Below, piece by piece: positions 1 to 7,493 of a stretch of 64,000 bases of DNA (positions are counted from its first letter, which is position 1; each line of letters starts with the position of its first letter). The notes below the pieces were generated by a model, which was not told the origin of the DNA, ran no database searches, and saw only the letters and a program-made list of their open reading frames with translations. The DNA is taken from sequence record MN176217. The stretch is one strand, 5' to 3'. Both the position numbers and the translations under genes were made by a program. The DNA comes from Escherichia phage vB_Eco4M-7.

Positions 1-10
1 AGACTGCGAG

Positions 11-232
11 ATGATCGCCGCGATAGTAAGTCTTAACCATGACGGCTATGAAGGCCACTATGCGAGAGCAACCAACCTTCGGCTCAAGGTGCGCATCCAT
101 TTCAAGGTCGCAGGCGAGGACCGCACCGGACTCTCTAAGGAAGAGTTCAGCAGCATTGCCGAAGCAAAGGCATGGCTCAAGGCATTCTATAAGAACAACC
201 CTAAATTCTATCCAACTAAGGACGCATCATGA
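11..232 (+). CDS. hypothetical protein (may be 5'-truncated by window edge)
   Basis: ORF with protein-like composition; ATGA overlap with next ORF suggests translational coupling. Confidence 0.3.
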   Translation: MIAAIVSLNHDGYEGHYARATNLRLKVRIHFKVAGEDRTGLSKEEFSSIAEAKAWLKAFYKNNPKFYPTKDAS

Positions 233-417
233 CTAATAAAACACAGCTCATCAATTTTGAAGGCAAAGAATACGAAATAGACGCTCGTGCGCGATTCGTT
301 GCGCGCGATTCTAACGGAACCATCTGGGCGTATGAGGGTAAACCTGCATGGAACGATTGGCGCGGCCAGTGGGGGATATGCAATTGGCGATTCACTTTGG
401 TGCAAGCAAATTGGTGA
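229..417 (+). CDS. hypothetical small protein
   Basis: ORF 62 aa; start overlaps stop of upstream ORF. Confidence 0.3.
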   Translation: MTNKTQLINFEGKEYEIDARARFVARDSNGTIWAYEGKPAWNDWRGQWGICNWRFTLVQANW

Positions 418-424
418 TGGAAAG

Positions 425-721
425 ATGTTCGAAGAGAACAGACCAGCATCACGTGATTCATTAAAGGAAGTGGCAGAAATCAAAATCCAAGACCAAGCGC
501 CATCGACCGATAACCAATATGCAGTCGGGCAACGTGACATCGAGCAACTCGACGAGGGCGGCTATTATACGCGCCACATCTATGCCATGACGCATGAAGG
601 ACTTTACAGCAAGTCAGACATCGCCGCTGAACTGGCCCATCGTGACTTGCAAATTGACCTTCTCAAGATAGAAGTGCAAAACTTACGCAACACCCTTTTG
701 AATACTTGGAGCTTAAAATGA
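425..721 (+). CDS. hypothetical protein
   Basis: Internal ATG at 425 (MFEENRPAS...) of track ORF 287..721, just after stop of 229..417. Confidence 0.3.
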   Translation: MFEENRPASRDSLKEVAEIKIQDQAPSTDNQYAVGQRDIEQLDEGGYYTRHIYAMTHEGLYSKSDIAAELAHRDLQIDLLKIEVQNLRNTLLNTWSLK

Positions 722-1137
722 CGCAACGTTATGATGTTGATTATTGCACGCAGCACGCTTGCACCTGCGAAGTTGTAAAGGATGATGAAGGCGGCTACGT
801 TGAATATGAGGACTACGCCGCGCTGGAAGCGAAATACAGTGAAGCGCAACGCGAGTTGGTTGCATTACGCTCACAGGTCCGTGATGCGTCGGTGCTCGTT
901 AAGCAGTTGCATGACGTTGTTGCTACTATAGGCGTGGATGATGCGCCGAAGGAGGAAGCGTGGACCGTTTGGGAATCCAACGCAACCAATCCCGTCCCAG
1001 GACGTATGGTGATGTATATGTTGCGCGACGGCTATGAATCTAAATCACCTGTGCTTTCCGATGGGTTGCGTTGGGAGATGATGGGACTGCCACACGGAAC
1101 GGACATCGTCGCTTATCGGGTTGTTAAGGAGGGGTGA
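718..1137 (+). CDS. hypothetical protein
   Basis: ATG at 718 overlaps upstream stop (ATGA); ORF MTQRYDVDY... Confidence 0.4.
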   Translation: MTQRYDVDYCTQHACTCEVVKDDEGGYVEYEDYAALEAKYSEAQRELVALRSQVRDASVLVKQLHDVVATIGVDDAPKEEAWTVWESNATNPVPGRMVMYMLRDGYESKSPVLSDGLRWEMMGLPHGTDIVAYRVVKEG

Positions 1138-1670
1138 TGGGTAACGATGCAGGATGGGGCAAGCCGCGATACTCAAAACTTGCCCACTACTTTGACGACG
1201 GCGAGCAAATCAGCTTGTGCGGTAAATTCAGCAAAGGCAATACAGAGTTGACCGACGCTCAAGAAATGGAATCAAGTTTAACAATTGGTGATTGTTCTAA
1301 ATGTCGCAAGGCATTATATGAGTTATTAACTCTAAGGGGATTGGAAGCGGCAAAATCAAGGGATGAATGGGTCATTAACGTCTGTGAAGGGAATCCAGAA
1401 TTAATGGATGAATGGCTAAAGACGGATGCTGTTAATGCCATTTTCAAAAGGCATTATAAAACTTGTATGCGTTACAAGATGAATGATGATATTATTTTTA
1501 TGGTATTATCTTATTCAAGGAGCACAATGGACGTCAAAAAGCTTCGACAATATCGCCACAAGGTAATGTGTGAATTACGCCGTTTAGGAGTGATTGTGGA
1601 TAATAATGTTATTAAAACGGAGTTAAAGAAGCGTGATAAAAGGAATGGTGACTGGAAGGTCAGCGGATAA
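1137..1670 (+). CDS. hypothetical protein
   Basis: ATG 1137 preceded by AAGGAGG at 1126-1132; 177 aa. Confidence 0.4.
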   Translation: MGNDAGWGKPRYSKLAHYFDDGEQISLCGKFSKGNTELTDAQEMESSLTIGDCSKCRKALYELLTLRGLEAAKSRDEWVINVCEGNPELMDEWLKTDAVNAIFKRHYKTCMRYKMNDDIIFMVLSYSRSTMDVKKLRQYRHKVMCELRRLGVIVDNNVIKTELKKRDKRNGDWKVSG

Positions 1671-2023
1671 AGAACATTGATTCGTGTGTTTTGAAGAATG
1701 GAATGTGTACAATTGGTCGCTTTACGCGGCCTTTTTGTCGTTTGGGTCGTGTTTTGTGATAGAATAATTATGACGAGGTGTTTTATTTATTAATTGTGCG
1801 GAAATATTTAGAAATATATACAAACAGGATTGTTAATATTTTAATAGTGTATGGCTATTGGTCCGTGGTGTTTGTTAGATTCTATCTATGGATTGGATTT
1901 TCTTGGGTCGTGGAACGTGGTTTTGAACACATTTGATACGCCTAAAATACGGTTAAAAATTAAGCGTATCATGGCTGCAGGCCGCGCCGTTCCTGGATTC
2001 CTATTTTCAAAAGTGGTACACCC

Positions 2024-2294
2024 TTACGTCATGATACGTCATGGTTTTCTATCCGTAAGAGTGTACAGCCCTTGCCGCGCCTGGCTTGTACATTAATCTT
2101 ACGGATGATACGGATAAAACTGAGCATCGTTATATATAGAATTCGAAAAATTAATTAACTCCATTTTAAAAACATTTATATTAATTTTTTTCATATCCTC
2201 ATACTTATGTTAATTTATATATTTAACGTATCATCCGTAAGATATAAGTAAAAACAAAGACTTGCGGCAATACGGATGATACGTCATGATACGC
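2024..2294. repeat. Palindromic GGATGATACG repeat cassette, copy 1: inverted arms CTTACGGATGATACGG (2098-2113) and CGTATCATCCGTAAG (2227-2241) flank a 113-bp AT-rich core; extra half-sites at 2024-2044 and 2271-2294
   Basis: Read directly; same architecture and a conserved core (TATATAGAATTCGAAAAATTAATTA) recur at 18117-18396. Confidence 0.7.
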
Positions 2295-2458
2295 TTCAAC
2301 CAGCCAGCAGCGGCTAAGTCATTGATTTGCATAACAAGCGGCGAAAGGGATGGATTTCTTTTATACGTATCAAACAGTACACCACGCACCACGGTCCGCA
2401 ATCCTATTTGCACTATGATTTGTGTACGTTTATAGCCATAATGAACATCAATCTGCAC

Positions 2459-2488
2459 TTGAATATAATGTCCATCCATTGTATAATT
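2459..2488 (+). promoter_or_regulatory. sigma70-like promoter candidate (-35 TTGAAT, 18-bp spacer, -10 TATAAT)
   Basis: Hexamers read from sequence upstream of ORF 2508. Confidence 0.35.
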
Positions 2489-2507
2489 CACACTATTAAT
2501 TTGCACT

Positions 2508-2996
2508 ATGGGATTTTGCACTATGAGTCAAGATTATGTAGCGATGCCTGAAGACTTTGAAGACCCGCGATTCGCAGAGCACAATCAGGCTTTATTCGAT
2601 GAGTTCATTGACCTTGTTATTCAGGGCCATGACATGCGCGCAGCTTTTGCACTAGTATTTGGAATGGAAGTTGCAACGGATAACTACACTGGCCAGCGAA
2701 TCCTTTGCACGCAACGCAATCCATACTACAAGATGCGCTTCAAAAAGCGTATGGAAGAGATGCCACTCAAGGATTTGTGGAGCGTAAAAGGTGCAATTCA
2801 CAATTTGGTCAAGCTTGTGCGTGATCCAGAAGTCGCAGCGTCAGCCAAGCTTAATGCTATTCGTGAACTGAATATCATCTACGACATCACGATGATTGAT
2901 GAAAACGGCAACAGCAAGATGGGCCGTTCCATGGACGATTTCTACAAGGATTTTGGAGAGGCGGCCAAAGAAGGCGAGCAATTCTCCCGCCACTAG
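2508..2996 (+). CDS. hypothetical early protein
   Basis: ORF 162 aa with acidic N-terminus; alternative start at 2523. Confidence 0.45.
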   Translation: MGFCTMSQDYVAMPEDFEDPRFAEHNQALFDEFIDLVIQGHDMRAAFALVFGMEVATDNYTGQRILCTQRNPYYKMRFKKRMEEMPLKDLWSVKGAIHNLVKLVRDPEVAASAKLNAIRELNIIYDITMIDENGNSKMGRSMDDFYKDFGEAAKEGEQFSRH

Positions 2997-3395
2997 CCAA
3001 TTTGCACTATAAAACGGCCCTAGAACACATTGTCTCCAATTCTAGGGCCATCGGTAATACGACGGGGAAGGTTGCAACCGTAAACGCGTTAGAAAGTGTA
3101 TTATTATAAGTCATCTTTTAGTCACCTTACGTAACAATTTACGACCTTCAACCGTCCAATCGAACGACTCCACCAGCAGATTCGCACTATAACCTAAGAC
3201 CACTCGACCCTTCTCGTTATCGACCCGCCAGCAAGTCTCGAATAGCATTCGATTTGCACTATTAACTATTGCTGCGACTCGCGTAGGATAAGCGCAATTT
3301 GCACTATGGTCGTAAAGGGATAAGGTGCGACCACTTCCGATGGACAACGTAGCGATGAGAATGAGCGTATTCATAAGCCACCAATTTGCACTATG

Positions 3396-3419
3396 AAAAG
3401 CGACCCCGAAGGGCCGCCA
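3396..3419 (-). terminator. Rho-independent terminator candidate (7-bp stem, UUCG tetraloop, U tract) on minus strand
   Basis: Minus-strand RNA GCGGCCC-UUCG-GGGUCGC-UUUU immediately downstream of stop of 3425..4051. Confidence 0.45.
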
Positions 3420-3424
3420 TTCGA

Positions 3425-4051
3425 TTAGATAATCTGGAAGGTGTAGGACTTGTTGCCGAACTCGAAGTTCAAGCGTCCAGCTTCTTTAAGCTTCATGCGG
3501 AAGCGAATATGCTTGCTATCCGGCAAGCCCAGCGCGGCGAACGCTACGCGGACCGATTTGAACTCGCCTACACCCTCGACCATAACGCCGTTACGGGTGA
3601 GACGCTTTTGCGCCACTTCTTTATTATCCCAACTTTTTGCAATACCTTTGCTATTCGAACGGCGATGGGAAGGAATTGCAATTTTATTCGCTCCAACCGG
3701 AGCATCATTAAGGCCGCTTTTAACGAAGGCTTCATATTCTTCGTCGGTCATCGCGTCGAGTTCTTCCTGGGTCGGCTCGGCCTTTTTAACGACCGCGCGC
3801 GCCTTATGCGTTTTTACATCACTGGACACTTCCTCGCGAGACTTTGCGTCTGGGATGGGCGATTCGTTGGACGGATCATCGAGCGCGTTTAAGGATTCGA
3901 TTAACGCGATTACGCGAGTCTCAGCGGTGCGACGGTCCGCGAATTTTTTAATCGGCTTTGAGCCTGAATTTTCGTTATAGAATGCAACGAGGTCGGCGGT
4001 CTTGGTTGCGATTACGTCGCCGCTGGTGGAGAAACGATTCAAACTGGCCAT
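3425..4051 (-). CDS. hypothetical protein
   Basis: 208-aa minus-strand ORF with natural composition and a terminator after its stop; overlapping + strand ORFs are R/F-rich and look spurious. Confidence 0.4.
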   Translation of the reverse strand: MASLNRFSTSGDVIATKTADLVAFYNENSGSKPIKKFADRRTAETRVIALIESLNALDDPSNESPIPDAKSREEVSSDVKTHKARAVVKKAEPTQEELDAMTDEEYEAFVKSGLNDAPVGANKIAIPSHRRSNSKGIAKSWDNKEVAQKRLTRNGVMVEGVGEFKSVRVAFAALGLPDSKHIRFRMKLKEAGRLNFEFGNKSYTFQII

Positions 4052-4192
4052 AATAAACTCCTAGTTTGGGAGCGGTGTCAACGACCTATTCGTTAACTCA
4101 TCCGTCCCGATATGAGTACATTATAATATAGTGTAGAAAAAAAGTAAAGCACTTTTTCGATAAAAATGAGATAAATTATTTTATCTTTTTTC

Positions 4193-4220
4193 TTTACTTC
4201 TTCGTACACTCGCGTATACT
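4193..4220 (+). promoter_or_regulatory. Promoter-like element copy A (-35 TTTACT, 16-bp spacer, -10 TATACT) within conserved block CTTTACTTCTTCGTACACT
   Basis: Near-identical block repeated at 4589-4619. Confidence 0.4.
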
Positions 4221-4276
4221 TGTTTATATCGAGACGGGCGATGGCCCTTCCTTCTAATAGCATCGGGAGTTTTATT

Positions 4277-4579
4277 ATGACCACTTTAATCTCTTCTATC
4301 CTTACTTACGACGAAGACCGTTTAACCGTTCGCTCTCTTATCGCCGCCGTTAACGCGGAACTAGAATCCACCATTATTAAGGTCCGCGCGGTCGCTTTCG
4401 TCGGCCTTTCCTTCGACGATATTAAGTACGCCGAACGTAGCGTCATCCGCTTCGCGAAGACCGATGACGAAGCCGTTACCCTTATCGAGACGGTTACGCC
4501 GCGCGGCGAAGCGTTAATTATCGTCGAGTATATCGACGTAGAAGGCGATAAGGCTTATAAATATTTTATCGCAAAATAA
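4277..4579 (+). CDS. hypothetical small acidic protein
   Basis: ATG 4277 (MTTLISS...), 100 aa. Confidence 0.4.
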   Translation: MTTLISSILTYDEDRLTVRSLIAAVNAELESTIIKVRAVAFVGLSFDDIKYAERSVIRFAKTDDEAVTLIETVTPRGEALIIVEYIDVEGDKAYKYFIAK

Positions 4580-4590
4580 CGAAAAAGTGC

Positions 4591-4619
4591 TTTACTTCTT
4601 CGTACACTAAGACTATAAT
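4591..4619 (+). promoter_or_regulatory. Promoter-like element copy B (-35 TTTACT, 17-bp spacer, -10 TATAAT), followed by 8-bp stem hairpin GGTAGCGA-ATAGG-TCGCTACC in the leader (4641-4661)
   Basis: Read directly. Confidence 0.4.
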
Positions 4620-4686
4620 GTTTTATATCGAGAGGGGATGAGGTAGCGAATAGGTCGCTACCCTCCCGACTAACTAGGAGAATATT

Positions 4687-4977
4687 ATGATTACTTTAGC
4701 CGCTATCCGCGACGCTCGCGTCGAGACTTCCGAAAATTCCAACGTATTTGGCGAAAAGCTTAAAAACGTCTATCTTTTTAACGTAGACGCAACTATCGAG
4801 CCTATTTATGAGCCGATCAACTTCCTCGACCTTTACAAGTATCGCGACGAGGACATCGTATCATCCCGCGTAACGATCAACGGCTTCGTCTATACGATTA
4901 CCGAAATCGGCGGCGAATATCTCGCGGTCCCGCAACTCGGCGGCGAAGTAACTTTCTTTAAAATCGTAAGCCTGTAA
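4687..4977 (+). CDS. hypothetical small protein
   Basis: ORF 96 aa with AGGAG RBS at 4676-4680. Confidence 0.4.
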   Translation: MITLAAIRDARVETSENSNVFGEKLKNVYLFNVDATIEPIYEPINFLDLYKYRDEDIVSSRVTINGFVYTITEIGGEYLAVPQLGGEVTFFKIVSL

Positions 4978-4988
4978 GGAGAAGGAAG

Positions 4989-5198
4989 ATGACTAATATG
5001 AATAATTCTCTTAACGCGCGCGCCCATCGCACCGCCGTAATCGATATGTTCCGCGAGCTTAAGGAATTATGCGATAATATGAACGCGATGTTATCCATCG
5101 GCGGCTGGGGATACGAAGAAGAGGTTAAATACGCGGTTATGCGTCGCCGTCGCGATAACGTCCTTGGACAAATTAAACGCGCCGGATTATTCCTTTAA
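4989..5198 (+). CDS. hypothetical small protein
   Basis: ORF 69 aa; RBS GGAGAAGGAAG upstream. Confidence 0.4.
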   Translation: MTNMNNSLNARAHRTAVIDMFRELKELCDNMNAMLSIGGWGYEEEVKYAVMRRRRDNVLGQIKRAGLFL

Positions 5199-5224
5199 TT
5201 ATAATTACCCACCGTTACTAATAG

Positions 5225-5250
5225 GCCGCGCTTAGTCGCGGCTTTTCTTC
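5225..5250 (+). terminator. Rho-independent terminator (GCCGCG-CTTAGT-CGCGGC then TTTTCTTC)
   Basis: Perfect 6-bp GC stem plus T tract right after the + strand early gene block. Confidence 0.55.
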
Positions 5251-5370
5251 GTCCCTATCTCGATGCGCTTCTCCGCGAAAACTCCTTTATCCTTCCCTTC
5301 GTCGTCGCATAATCTTCGTCGAGATGCGCCTTAGTTCGCATAACAGGTATTACGTTAAATGGAGAACATC

Positions 5371-5442
5371 GCGTAAGTCGTTGTTTTATATAGACACATA
5401 TATCGGACCGTTAGGGCGGGTCGCGTAAGTCGTTGTTTTATA
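5371..5442. repeat. Direct repeat CGCGTAAGTCGTTGTTTTATA x2 (5371-5391 and 5422-5442)
   Basis: Read directly in 650-bp non-coding region. Confidence 0.6.
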
Positions 5443-5568
5443 AAGGCGCAAAACTTTCCCTTCGTTCCGAACTAAAACGAGAAATATGCCGACCCTTCGC
5501 CCGAAAATAGTACGCATGCGAAATTACATGCATCTCGAATAATCCCCACCGATACTATCCTACACGCA

Positions 5569-5622
5569 ATCATTCGCTTTCGAATCATTATGCTTCATAT
5601 TATCATGCGTCGAATCATTCGC
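5569..5622. repeat. Direct repeat AATCATTCGCTTTCGAAT x2 (5569-5586 and 5605-5622)
   Basis: Read directly. Confidence 0.6.
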
Positions 5623-5903
5623 TTTCGAATTGTAACGCTGGAAACTGTAACGGCGATTGATTATTGCGTTCGTGTGGTTTTTATGGCATGGGTCTTTTGG
5701 TGCGTTTTGCTACTTGATGGAATTTGCGGTACACTAATCAAAATACGACACATTTGGTCCACTAACTTTTCAAAGAAAAAGTCCTAGACAGTACCGTACT
5801 ATTTTGTACCCACAGGAAATTTGCAGTACACTCCTGCGCAGCAGGCAAAATAAAGGGCCGCACTAAGCGACCCACGATTCACGGTTAAAGCAACATCCAC
5901 CCA

Positions 5904-6368
5904 CTATTCAATCTTATGGGCATCACCAAAACCATCAGCAATCTGGCTGATCAACGACTCAATGGACACAGTTTTACCAATTGATCGAGCGGTAATAGCA
6001 AGCATATTATCAATCAAGCCACGATTGACTTCACATGTTCCAGGCTTTAACTCATCTTCAGAACAACCAAAAAGCTGGTCGCGCAGACTTTCAAGAGAAC
6101 GCTCAATATTTTCCAACTTCTCTTCTAAATCGGATTGGCGACGTAAAACCCATGTCAAGTCACGGTTGCCGACTTCCAATCCATCAGAATAGCAAGGTGG
6201 AGCGTCAATTTTGATGCTGGAACTAAAAGCAGTGCCGCTGCCTTTAGTATAAGTATGGCTCATAGAATCATTTTGGCTCATAGAATCATTTTTATTTGAC
6301 ATATCATTACCTTTAATATTTGGGTGATTAACAATAACTATAATAAAGCCGCATAGCGCGCCATTCAA
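5904..6368 (-). CDS. hypothetical protein with internal tandem 18-bp duplication
   Basis: ORF 154 aa; tandem GGCTCATAGAATCATTTT x2 at 6257-6292. Confidence 0.35.
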   Translation of the reverse strand: MNGALCGFIIVIVNHPNIKGNDMSNKNDSMSQNDSMSHTYTKGSGTAFSSSIKIDAPPCYSDGLEVGNRDLTWVLRRQSDLEEKLENIERSLESLRDQLFGCSEDELKPGTCEVNRGLIDNMLAITARSIGKTVSIESLISQIADGFGDAHKIE

Positions 6369-6399
6369 ATCGATTTATTAATTGTGACGATTGGATTCA

Positions 6400-6627
6400 T
6401 CAATCGATACAAATTGTGCAGGGTCGCCGGATACAGTTGCGCCGATGATACCCATCTGAGAGAAAAAATTCTGAATAAACTTCCTTCCAGTACTTACGCG
6501 CTGCTTTCTGGGCTTGACCTTTGCGCTTGAAGCTTTTACCTTGAAATATGAAGCGGTCTTTTGGTGCGTAATACTCCACCACACCTTCCAGCCATTGTAA
6601 GAACGCTACTGATTCATTTTTATTCAT
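6400..6627 (-). CDS. hypothetical small basic protein
   Basis: ORF 75 aa. Confidence 0.3.
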   Translation of the reverse strand: MNKNESVAFLQWLEGVVEYYAPKDRFIFQGKSFKRKGQAQKAARKYWKEVYSEFFLSDGYHRRNCIRRPCTICID

Positions 6628-6634
6628 ATTAACC

Positions 6635-7030
6635 TCAATATTTTAATAAGAAAGCACCCAACCAACTTTCCTCAACCTCACGGCCAGTAGCCACACGGTC
6701 GGTCTTGGCTATGGGTCTGTATTCGCCACAGGGCAATCCGTCTTGTAGTTGTGTACTATTGCCAATTCTCACCAGAACCTTTCCATCAGGGTCGATATAA
6801 GCGCGACAACCCATGATTTCGAGTCGTTGTAGACACTGGCGAATCGTTTTCAGCTTCTCACCGGACCGGATAGAGCGCGGTCGCGACCGCTGACCGTTTT
6901 TATTCACTGTACGCTTGGCGACCGGAATATCATTGGTGCGTTGCGGCTTGGGTCGGTAATAAGCCTCTTCGCCAGGAGTCGCACCTGGCGTCAGTTCGCG
7001 CTTGAGCGCCTTTTCAATATCAATGATCAT
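6635..7030 (-). CDS. hypothetical protein
   Basis: ORF 131 aa. Confidence 0.35.
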   Translation of the reverse strand: MIIDIEKALKRELTPGATPGEEAYYRPKPQRTNDIPVAKRTVNKNGQRSRPRSIRSGEKLKTIRQCLQRLEIMGCRAYIDPDGKVLVRIGNSTQLQDGLPCGEYRPIAKTDRVATGREVEESWLGAFLLKY

Positions 7031-7124
7031 GATTTATGCCGCAGCAGCGTGGATGATTGCGTAAACGATTCCAAACAGGGCGACAACACAAACCGTGCCC
7101 CAAAATGCAAAGCGTCGTGCCTCT

Positions 7125-7412
7125 TTATCCATTAGACCCTTCTCCGCTGTTAATGTTGTCTAGAATCAAGGTTGGAATTTCATCTTGAGTTCTGACTTTG
7201 TAATGCGAAGGCATTTTGCTTTCTAACAATGCCTGTTCGGCTTCTCCCTTTGTCTCAAAGAGCGGGATGCACCAATCAACTGCATCGCCATGTTCATCGC
7301 CTGTAACGGCTTTCAAAAAGACAAGGCGTTTGTCTGCAGGGTCGATTCCGCAAATTAAGTATTTTGGAAGAGCCTTTGCTTTCTGAGCCTTATCAATATC
7401 TTCAAATTTCAT
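7125..7412 (-). CDS. hypothetical protein
   Basis: ORF starting MKFEDIDKAQ... Confidence 0.35.
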   Translation of the reverse strand: MKFEDIDKAQKAKALPKYLICGIDPADKRLVFLKAVTGDEHGDAVDWCIPLFETKGEAEQALLESKMPSHYKVRTQDEIPTLILDNINSGEGSNG

Positions 7413-7493
7413 AAAACACCTCACTTGTTAACGTATAATGAGTATAACTTAATTGCGCATAAAGTAAAGGCGCTTTTCAGCGCCTTGAGTGAA

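Larger units (their letters stand above)
2406..3394 (+). repeat. Array of at least 7 same-orientation ATTTGCACTAT motifs (starts 2406, 2499, 2514, 3001, 3180 variant ATTCGCACTAT, 3252, 3296, 3384)
   Basis: Read directly; an 11-mer recurring 7 times in 1 kb is far above chance. Confidence 0.7.

Noticed and set aside
1851-2096. Plus-strand 81-aa ORF in the AT-rich region preceding the first repeat cassette
   Set aside because: Overlaps the repeat half-sites and has no RBS; more likely regulatory DNA than coding
3111-3374. Minus-strand ORF of 87 aa
   Set aside because: Its reading frame is built from the reverse complement of the ATTTGCACTAT repeats (recurring SAN tripeptides), so it is more likely a repeat artefact than a gene
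3386-3980. Plus-strand ORFs 3386..3892 and 3450..3980
   Set aside because: R/F-rich, unnatural composition; they overlap the better minus-strand ORF 3425..4051, which is followed by a terminator on its own strand
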